A stretch of 64,000 nt of DNA from Clostridia bacterium (GTDB lineage: Bacteria; Bacillota; Clostridia; Oscillospirales; CAG-382): contig JAFXEB010000002.1 of assembly GCA_017521025.1 (NCBI GenBank), forward strand, positions 20,232 through 84,231. Direction: 5' to 3'. Below the pieces are notes generated by a model that was given only the letters and a program-made list of their open reading frames with translations, made no database searches and was not told the DNA's origin. Made by a program: the position numbers and the translations under genes. The first letter of the stretch is position 1. Every line of letters starts with the position of its first letter. Of the stretch, positions 56,924-64,000 are shown piece by piece.

Positions 56924-58159
56924 ATGAAAGGTTTTATTCGGAATACAGCCTTCAGGCTCACTTCAAAGCGTATAGACGAAAGGGGCTTGCACCCCTTGCA
57001 CATACAAGTCCCTGCAGGTGAGCTGTGTTGCTTTGCCCTTTCCACCAACAGGATACTGTCATTCGTTTCGGAGGGAAAGCGGTACTATTTTAGGGAGTGC
57101 CCCGAGAGGCTTTCCAAAAAAGCGTTCTTCCGCCGAGGGGTAGAGGATTTCTTTGCTACCCTCGCCATGGGTGGTCTTGACAAGGACTGCTTTGGGCAGG
57201 AGCCCCCCATAAAAACAGAATTCCCCGAAAGCATCGTCTGCGCTTTCAACGGATACCTTGAAGCCAAGCTTGAAAAGGGCGGCTTGCTAAAAAGGCTTGC
57301 TTCGGCTGACAGTATAGGCGAAAGGCTTGGCTTTTCCATATGGAGCGGTAACACCTGTACAGCAGCCGTGCTGAAGGGGTTCGGGTTAGAGGATACGCCT
57401 GAGGCACTTTGGGAGATCGCAATATACTTTCTTTGGCGTATGCGCTCGGTGGCTGCGGATTACCGTAGGCTGGGTATTGCGGCGGGGCAAGGCTACTCTC
57501 ACTTCAACGCCGTAAGGGCGGTTGCATCAAGAATCGTCGCCGAGGAGCTTGGCGTGGCAGAGCTTGTAACCGACTCCGTATGGTGCGTTCTAAAGCCTGA
57601 TGGGGGCAGAGCTATGCTTGGTGTGCTTAGCGAGGCCGCCCGAGGAAGGCGAGCGGCAGATATTAAGCTATCGCCATGTGGAAGCCTTCAGAGAGAGCTT
57701 ATGGCGCTTAACGTTCTTGACGTGCTAACGGGTCAGCCTGACCACGGTCCAAACAACTACAACGTGTACGGGAAAGCCGAGGGTGGCTATGGAGTGTGCT
57801 CCTTTGATAACGATAATCCCCGCACCTTCTTTCCCTCCTGCTCAGTAAAAGCTTCTCTTGCAGGCTGCGCTCCGTTGGTAGGGCAGGACGGTATAATAAA
57901 CAGACCCTTTATGGACAGGGCTCTTGCGGAAAGGCTTAAGGCTGTGGATAGGGCAGCACTGAAAAGAAGGCTTTCCCCTTACTTGAATTCTTTGCAGATA
58001 CGCACTATAATAAAAAGACTTAACAAGCTTAACGCAGCCATCTGCCGCAGTGACCGTCTACACCTTATTGACGGGGACGCTTGGGGCGAGGCTACCGTAA
58101 AGCAGGAGACGGGCGGCGCATACGGTCTTACCTACCTGTGCAAAGCCTTAACTAAATAA
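56924..58159 (+). CDS. Hypothetical protein with an atypical kinase-like (HipA/PI3-4K/Fam20-type) C-terminal domain
   Basis: AVASRIVAEELG, LDVLTGQPDHGPNNY, SFDND resemble the catalytic loop and DFG-equivalent motifs. Confidence 0.55.
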   Translation: MKGFIRNTAFRLTSKRIDERGLHPLHIQVPAGELCCFALSTNRILSFVSEGKRYYFRECPERLSKKAFFRRGVEDFFATLAMGGLDKDCFGQEPPIKTEFPESIVCAFNGYLEAKLEKGGLLKRLASADSIGERLGFSIWSGNTCTAAVLKGFGLEDTPEALWEIAIYFLWRMRSVAADYRRLGIAAGQGYSHFNAVRAVASRIVAEELGVAELVTDSVWCVLKPDGGRAMLGVLSEAARGRRAADIKLSPCGSLQRELMALNVLDVLTGQPDHGPNNYNVYGKAEGGYGVCSFDNDNPRTFFPSCSVKASLAGCAPLVGQDGIINRPFMDRALAERLKAVDRAALKRRLSPYLNSLQIRTIIKRLNKLNAAICRSDRLHLIDGDAWGEATVKQETGGAYGLTYLCKALTK

Positions 58160-58172
58160 AGGAGTACCGACA

Positions 58173-59207
58173 ATGGGCCTTTTCGCAAACAAAACTCTTA
58201 TGATAACAGGTGGCACGGGCAGTTTTGGTAATGCAGTGCTGAACCGTTTTTTGAATACGGATATAGGTGAGATACGCATATTCTCCCGTGATGAGAAGAA
58301 GCAGGACGATATGAGGCACGAGTATCAGGTAAGGATGCCTGAGGTTGCCGATAAGATAAGGTTTTATATCGGTGACGTTCGTGATATCCAGTCGGTAAAA
58401 AACGCTATGCACGGCGTAGACTTTGTATTCCACGCAGCAGCGCTGAAGCAGGTGCCCTCTTGCGAGTTTTTTCCTATGGAGGCTGTAAAGACCAACGTCA
58501 TCGGCACCGAAAACGTACTGACTGCCGCTATTGAGGCAGGGGTAAAGAATGTGGTCTGCCTGTCCACGGACAAAGCGGCATATCCCGTTAACGCCATGGG
58601 CACCTCCAAGGCAATGATGGAGAAGGTCGTTGTTGCCAAGGCACGCATCAGCGAGACCACCAAAATATGCTGTACCCGTTACGGCAACGTAATGTGCTCC
58701 CGTGGGTCGGTTATCCCTCTTTGGATAGACCAGATACGCTCCGGTGCGCCTATTACCGTTACAGACCCGACTATGACCCGTTTTATTATGTCTCTCGATG
58801 AGGCGGTAGACTTGGTGCTTTTCGCCTTTGAGCACGGCGAGGCGGGGGATATATTGGTACAAAAGGCGCCTGCCTGCACCATACAGACTCAGGCCGAGGC
58901 GGTGTGCGAGCTTTTTGGCGGTGACAAGAGCAGCATAAAGATAATCGGCATCCGTCACGGTGAAAAAATGTACGAGACTCTTCTTACCAACGAGGAGTGT
59001 GCAAAGGCTATAGATCTGGGCGACTTTTATCGGGTTCCCTGCGATAAGCGTGGCTTGAATTATGATAAGTATTTCAGCAGGGGTGATGTCAGCCGCAACA
59101 CTCTTACCGAGTTTAACTCCAACAACACACGTCTTTTGAACGTTGAGGAGACTAAGGCAAAGATAGCTGCGTTGGATTACATCAAGGCAGAGCTTGCCAA
59201 TCAATGA
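58173..59207 (+). CDS. fnlA: UDP-GlcNAc 4,6-dehydratase/epimerase of the UDP-L-FucNAc pathway (FnlA/CapE/WbjB)
   Basis: TGGTGSFG, SRDEKKQDDMR, AALKQVPSCEFFP, STDKAAYP, RYGNVM. Confidence 0.92.
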   Translation: MGLFANKTLMITGGTGSFGNAVLNRFLNTDIGEIRIFSRDEKKQDDMRHEYQVRMPEVADKIRFYIGDVRDIQSVKNAMHGVDFVFHAAALKQVPSCEFFPMEAVKTNVIGTENVLTAAIEAGVKNVVCLSTDKAAYPVNAMGTSKAMMEKVVVAKARISETTKICCTRYGNVMCSRGSVIPLWIDQIRSGAPITVTDPTMTRFIMSLDEAVDLVLFAFEHGEAGDILVQKAPACTIQTQAEAVCELFGGDKSSIKIIGIRHGEKMYETLLTNEECAKAIDLGDFYRVPCDKRGLNYDKYFSRGDVSRNTLTEFNSNNTRLLNVEETKAKIAALDYIKAELANQ

Positions 59208-59229
59208 TGATTACAGGCAGGGAGAGATT

Positions 59230-60426
59230 ATGAACGTACTGATAACCGGCTCGTCGGGCTTTGTGGGGAAGAATCTTGTATGCGCTCTTAAAAACGTCCG
59301 TGACGGCAAGGACAGAACCCGCTGCGGACTCAGGATAGACGAGATATTCCAATATGATGTGGACACCCCTGAAGCCTTTCTGGCAGACTATGCGGAGAGG
59401 GCTGACTTTGTGTTTCATCTTGCCGGAGTAAACCGCCCAAAGGACGCCTCGGAGTTTATGGAGGGCAACCGTGATTTTACGGCATACCTTCTGGCTTTGC
59501 TTAAGGAAAAGGGCAACGCTTGCCCCGTAATGCTCTCCTCCTCCATACAGGCTACCTGTATCGGCAGGTATGACGGCGACTACGGAAGAAGCAAAAGGGC
59601 AGGGGAGGACTTGGTTTTCGCCTATGGAGAAGAGACGGGCGCCAAGGTAATGGTTTACCGCTTTCCCAACCTTTTCGGCAAGTGGTGCCGCCCCAACTAC
59701 AACAGCGCCGTGGCAACCTTTTGCCACAACGTAGCCAATGACCTGCCTATAACCGTAAACGACCCTGCGGTGCGTCTTGAGTTGCTGTATATAGACGACC
59801 TGATAGAGGAAATGTTCTGCGCTCTTGAGGGGAAGGAGCACAGGTGTGAGTTTGAGGGGATAGATACGGTGCTTTGCGAGGATGGGCGATATTGCGCCGC
59901 TCCCGTTACTCATAAGGTTACGCTTGGCGAGATAACGGGCTTGCTTGAGGGCTTCAAGGCTCAGCCGCAAACCTTGCTTATGCCTGAGATACCCCACGGC
60001 AGCTTTGAAAAAAAGCTGTATTCGACCTACCTTTCCTACCTTCCTGCCCACATGGCACGTTTCCCTCTTAAAATGAACTGCGACGAGAGAGGGAGCTTTA
60101 CCGAGCTTTTGAAGACCGCCGCCTGCGGTCAGTTCTCCGTAAACGTGTCAAAGCCGAGCATCACCAAGGGACAGCATTGGCACCACAGTAAATGGGAGCT
60201 TTTTATAGTGGTATCGGGCAACGCACTGATACAGCAGAGGAAGATAGGCACGGATGAGGTGCTTGACTTTTACGTTTCGGGCGAGAAGATCGAGGCGGTG
60301 CATATGCTGCCCGGCTATACTCACAACATCATAAATTTAAGCGACAGTGAGGACCTTGTGACCCTTATGTGGGCAAACGAGTGCTTTGACCCCGAGCATC
60401 CCGATACGTTTTTTGAGAAGGTGTAG
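59230..60426 (+). CDS. fnlB: Reductase/cupin protein of the UDP-L-FucNAc pathway (FnlB/CapF/WbjC)
   Basis: TGSSGFVG, HLAGVNRP, FGKWCRPNYNSAVATFC, DERGSFTE, KGQHWHH. Confidence 0.92.
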   Translation: MNVLITGSSGFVGKNLVCALKNVRDGKDRTRCGLRIDEIFQYDVDTPEAFLADYAERADFVFHLAGVNRPKDASEFMEGNRDFTAYLLALLKEKGNACPVMLSSSIQATCIGRYDGDYGRSKRAGEDLVFAYGEETGAKVMVYRFPNLFGKWCRPNYNSAVATFCHNVANDLPITVNDPAVRLELLYIDDLIEEMFCALEGKEHRCEFEGIDTVLCEDGRYCAAPVTHKVTLGEITGLLEGFKAQPQTLLMPEIPHGSFEKKLYSTYLSYLPAHMARFPLKMNCDERGSFTELLKTAACGQFSVNVSKPSITKGQHWHHSKWELFIVVSGNALIQQRKIGTDEVLDFYVSGEKIEAVHMLPGYTHNIINLSDSEDLVTLMWANECFDPEHPDTFFEKV

Positions 60427-60429
60427 ATT

Positions 60430-61617
60430 ATGAGCTTAAGGAAAGATTATACTGACGTTTCGTTTAAAAACAACGGTAAATTAAAGCTGCTTATTATCGT
60501 TGGTACACGCCCCGAGATAATACGCCTTGCGGCGGTGATAAAGAAATGCCGCTGTTATTTTGATACGATCCTCGCCCACACGGGTCAGAACTATGACTAC
60601 AGCCTTAACGGCATATTTTTCAAGGACCTTGGCCTTGAAGCCCCGGAGGTGTATATGGACGCCGTGGGTGACGATCTGGGCGAGACCGTCGGCAATATTA
60701 TCAACGCTTCATATAAGCTGATGAACAGCATAAAGCCTGATGCTCTTCTCATATTGGGTGACACTAATTCCTGCCTTTCCGCAATAGCGGCAAAGCGCCT
60801 GCATATCCCCATATTTCATATGGAGGCAGGTAATCGCTGTAAGGACGAATGCCTGCCCGAGGAGACCAACAGACGTATAGTGGATATTATCTCTGACGTG
60901 AATATGGCTTATTCCGAGCATGCAAGGCGCTATCTTCACGAATGCGGCTTGCCAAAGGAGCGTGTTTTTGTAACAGGCTCCCCTATGGCAGAGGTGCTTT
61001 CCGCAAACCTCGGCAGCATAGAAAACAGCGATATTTTAGGGCGTCTGGGGCTTGACGGCAAGAGGTATATCCTCCTTTCCGCTCACCGTGAGGAGAACAT
61101 TGACACGGAAAAGAACTTTCTGTCGCTGTTTACGGCTATAAATAAAATGGCAGAGAAATACGGCATGCCCATACTTTACTCCTGCCATCCACGCAGTAAA
61201 AAACGTCTGGAGGCAAGCGGATTTGTGTTGGACAGCCGTGTTATCTGCCACGAGCCTCTCGGATTCCACGATTATAATAAGCTTCAGATGAACGCTTTTG
61301 CAGTGGTGTCCGACAGTGGCACCTTACCTGAGGAGAGCAGCTTTTTCACAAGCATAGGCAAGCCCTTCCCTGCGGTCTGCATCCGCACCTCCACCGAGCG
61401 CCCCGAGGCCTTGGATAAGGCGTGCTTCGTGCTGGCGGGGATAGACGGACATTCACTGCTTCAGGCGGTGGATACCGCCGTAGCCATGACCGCCGCAGGG
61501 GATAACGGCACCCCCGTGCCCGATTACGTGGAGGAGAGTGTTTCAACCAAGGTCGTGAAGATAATCCAAAGCTATACGGGCATAGTAGACCGTATGGTGT
61601 GGCGCAAGGATAAATAA
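60430..61617 (+). CDS. fnlC: Non-hydrolysing UDP-sugar 2-epimerase (FnlC/CapG/WbjD)
   Basis: GTRPEIIRL, HTGQNYD, LGDTNS, HMEAGNR, SDSGTL.EE, TERPE. Confidence 0.92.
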   Translation: MSLRKDYTDVSFKNNGKLKLLIIVGTRPEIIRLAAVIKKCRCYFDTILAHTGQNYDYSLNGIFFKDLGLEAPEVYMDAVGDDLGETVGNIINASYKLMNSIKPDALLILGDTNSCLSAIAAKRLHIPIFHMEAGNRCKDECLPEETNRRIVDIISDVNMAYSEHARRYLHECGLPKERVFVTGSPMAEVLSANLGSIENSDILGRLGLDGKRYILLSAHREENIDTEKNFLSLFTAINKMAEKYGMPILYSCHPRSKKRLEASGFVLDSRVICHEPLGFHDYNKLQMNAFAVVSDSGTLPEESSFFTSIGKPFPAVCIRTSTERPEALDKACFVLAGIDGHSLLQAVDTAVAMTAAGDNGTPVPDYVEESVSTKVVKIIQSYTGIVDRMVWRKDK

Positions 61618-61626
61618 ATAATATGG

Positions 61627-61671
61627 GTGGAGCTTTGAAGGGCATTTTTCCTTTCAAGCTTCACCTTTTTT
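61627..61671 (+). terminator. Terminator of the polysaccharide locus
   Basis: ggtggagctttgaagg...cctttcaagcttcacc followed by a T run. Confidence 0.7.
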
Positions 61672-61749
61672 GCGCTTTGCCCCGCTTTTTTGTGAAAAAT
61701 GTAGCACTGAGGGGGCGTAAATAGATGTAAAATAGTATATCTGTATTAG

Positions 61750-61778
61750 TTGACAAACGGGCGGCTTTATGGTAAATT
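61750..61778 (+). promoter_or_regulatory. Promoter of pckA
   Basis: TTGACA-17-TAAATT with extended TG. Confidence 0.65.
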
Positions 61779-61907
61779 AATAATGTGTAGATTTTAAGAT
61801 GGCGGAGCGTGGAGTTTCGCAGGCTTAGGGTACGCACGGCAGGTCCTTTTCCGACCTGTGTAACAGGATAAATTCAATAATATAAACTATGAAAAGAGGA
61901 CACTACT

Positions 61908-63518
61908 ATGAGCAAACTTGATCTTACCAAGTACGGCATCACAGGCGTAACTGAGATTGTTCACAATCCTTCTTACGAAGAGCTGTTTGTTGCTGAGACC
62001 GACCCCTCCCTTGAAGGCTATGAAAAGGGCCAGCTTACTGAGCTTGGCGCAGTTAACGTAATGACCGGTATCTACACCGGCCGTTCCCCTAAAGACAAGT
62101 TCATCGTTATGGACGAGAACTCCAAGGACACCGTTTGGTGGACCTCTGATGAGTTTAAGAATGACAACCATCCTTGCAGCGAAGAAAGCTGGAAGGTTCT
62201 TAAGGACCTTGCTGTTAAGGAGCTTTCCAATAAGAAGCTTTACGTTGTAGACGTATTCTGCGGCGCAAACGCTGACTCCCGTATGGCTATCCGCTTCATT
62301 ATGGAAGTGGCTTGGCAGGCACATTTCGTAACCAATATGTTCATCGTTCCCACCGCTGAGGAGCTTGAGAACTTTGAGCCTGACTTTATCAGCTACAACG
62401 CATCCAAGGCAAAGGTTGAAAACTATAAGGAGCTTGGTCTTAACTCTGAGACCGCTGCTGTTTTCAACATTACCTCCCGTGAGCAGGTTATCCTTAACAC
62501 TTGGTACGGCGGCGAAATGAAGAAGGGTATGTTCTCTATGATGAACTACTACCTCCCCCTCAAGGGTATGGCTTCTATGCACTGCTCTGCCAACACCGAT
62601 ATGAACGGTGAGAACACCGCTCTCTTCTTCGGTCTCTCCGGCACCGGTAAGACCACCCTTTCCACCGACCCCAAGCGTCTCCTCATCGGTGACGACGAGC
62701 ACGGCTGGGATGACAAGGGCGTGTTCAACTTCGAGGGCGGCTGCTACGCTAAGGTTATCAACCTTGACAAGGATTCTGAGCCCGACATTTACAGAGCTAT
62801 TAAGAGAAACGCACTTCTTGAGAACGTAACCGTTGACGCTAACGGCGTTTGCGACTTTGCTGACGGCTCCGTTACCGAGAACACCCGTGTTTCCTATCCT
62901 ATCGACCACATCGAGAAGATCGTTCGTCCCGTTTCCGCAGCTCCCGATGCAAAGAACGTTATCTTCCTTTCTGCAGACGCTTTTGGCGTGCTTCCTCCCG
63001 TTTCCGTACTTACTCCCGATCAGGCTAAGTACTACTTCCTTTCCGGCTTCACCTCCAAGCTCGCAGGTACTGAGCGTGGCATAACTGAGCCTACTCCTAC
63101 TTTCTCCGCATGCTTTGGTCAGGCGTTCCTTGAGCTCCATCCCACCAAGTACGCAGAAGAGCTCGTTAAGAAGATGGAAAAGAGCGGTGCAAAGGCATAT
63201 CTCGTTAACACCGGCTGGAACGGCACCGGCAAGCGTATCTCCATCAAGGACACCCGTGGTATAATCGACGCTATCCTTGACGGCTCCATCCTTAAGGCTG
63301 ATACCAAGACCATTCCTTACTTCAACCTCGCAGTTCCCACCGCACTTCCCGGCGTTGATACCGGCATACTTGATCCTCGTGACACCTATGCTGACGCTGC
63401 AGAGTGGGATGCTAAGGCTAAGGATCTGGCCGGCAGATTTATCAAGAACTTTGTTAAGTACACCGGTAATGACGCAGGCAAGGCTCTCGTAGTTGCAGGC
63501 CCCCAGCTTGAGGACTAA
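61908..63518 (+). CDS. pckA: Phosphoenolpyruvate carboxykinase (ATP)
   Basis: [52 protein letters not shown]. Confidence 0.97.
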   Translation: MSKLDLTKYGITGVTEIVHNPSYEELFVAETDPSLEGYEKGQLTELGAVNVMTGIYTGRSPKDKFIVMDENSKDTVWWTSDEFKNDNHPCSEESWKVLKDLAVKELSNKKLYVVDVFCGANADSRMAIRFIMEVAWQAHFVTNMFIVPTAEELENFEPDFISYNASKAKVENYKELGLNSETAAVFNITSREQVILNTWYGGEMKKGMFSMMNYYLPLKGMASMHCSANTDMNGENTALFFGLSGTGKTTLSTDPKRLLIGDDEHGWDDKGVFNFEGGCYAKVINLDKDSEPDIYRAIKRNALLENVTVDANGVCDFADGSVTENTRVSYPIDHIEKIVRPVSAAPDAKNVIFLSADAFGVLPPVSVLTPDQAKYYFLSGFTSKLAGTERGITEPTPTFSACFGQAFLELHPTKYAEELVKKMEKSGAKAYLVNTGWNGTGKRISIKDTRGIIDAILDGSILKADTKTIPYFNLAVPTALPGVDTGILDPRDTYADAAEWDAKAKDLAGRFIKNFVKYTGNDAGKALVVAGPQLED

Positions 63519-63543
63519 TTACATAGTATAACTCTTAAAATCA

Positions 63544-63588
63544 GGACTGTAAAGAAGCGTAAGCTTCTTTACAGTCCACGGTTTTTTT
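63544..63588 (+). terminator. Terminator after pckA
   Basis: Perfect 15-bp stem ggactgtaaagaagc-gtaa-gcttctttacagtcc, T7 shortly after. Confidence 0.8.
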
Positions 63589-63709
63589 AGCAACAACTGA
63601 GAGTTTTTGCGCTTTGAAGCGTCTTATTATACAAAAGGGCAGGGGCTTTGGGCTTGCCCACGCACCCATCGCCCCTGCATTTTGAACTAATAACAGGAGG
63701 TACGGTTCT

Positions 63710-64000
63710 ATGAAAAAACTTATCACAGCAATTCTCACGGCGGCTATGCTTTTGTGTACACCCGTGTTTGCCGCAGATAATACCTCGGTCGCACCGCCCA
63801 ATACTGCAGATGTGGTTTTTGTTAAGGCAGTGGCAGACGTAACGGGCGACGGTAAGGTCACCTCTCTTGACGCAGCGATAATACTCAGATACGATGCAGG
63901 ACTTGTTAAGAGCTTTGCCGGAAGGGACGAGACCGATTCCGCAGATTCAAACGGTGATGACGTTATCCCTTTGGGCGATGTAAACGCTGACGGGCGCATA
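63710..64000 (+). CDS. Secreted protein with an N-terminal dockerin (3'-truncated, absent from the ORF track)
   Basis: SD aggagg; MKKLITAILTAAMLLCTPVFA signal peptide; ADVTGDGKVTSLDAAIILRY...GDVNADGRI. Confidence 0.8.
   Translation, partial: MKKLITAILTAAMLLCTPVFAADNTSVAPPNTADVVFVKAVADVTGDGKVTSLDAAIILRYDAGLVKSFAGRDETDSADSNGDDVIPLGDVNADGRI

Noticed and set aside
61887-63140. 417-aa ORF antisense to pckA
   Set aside because: Typical antisense open frame of a highly expressed gene; pckA explains the region.
63541-63999. 152-aa minus-strand ORF at the right edge
   Set aside because: The plus strand has an SD, signal peptide and dockerin from 63710, which is the real gene.

Overview
This 64 kb window looks like the chromosome of a Clostridia-type (probably gut or rumen, Oscillospiraceae-like) bacterium. 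That is inferred from sigmaA-type promoters, a sortase motif, dockerins and ydjGHI-like genes. I saw no rRNA, tRNA, CRISPR array or mobile element. Contents, left to right: (1) the end of a three-gene operon of large unknown proteins, the last a 1737-aa membrane protein combining a degenerate SF2 helicase, a Zn finger, a degenerate DA1-like peptidase and an intact transglutaminase-like domain; (2) a phosphoesterase and small P-loop protein pair, a secreted dockerin protein, and GH31 plus radical SAM genes; (3) licC-licA-licB choline activation genes with no licD, followed by a CPBP protease, a TagF-like phosphotransferase and a YidC-like domain fused to an LtaS/sulfatase-like domain; (4) 5'-nucleotidase, GNAT, a ydjI/G/H-like operon, an esterase, an amino-acid ABC transporter, MmcQ and MATE; (5) a ~750-nt minus-strand unit with a promoter and terminator but only micro-ORFs; (6) a fucO-like ADH, a 43-aa dockerin-gene remnant and an SGNH-dockerin protein; (7) a ~21 kb Wzx/Wzy polysaccharide locus (bacillosamine-type initiation, fnlABC) carrying a large phosphodiester-glycosidase surface protein and an atypical kinase; (8) pckA and the start of another dockerin protein. 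The best candidates for undescribed systems are the lic/TagF/YidC-LtaS cluster, the pseudo-helicase-transglutaminase operon and the ORF-poor transcript. All family calls come from motif reading by eye; no database search was run.
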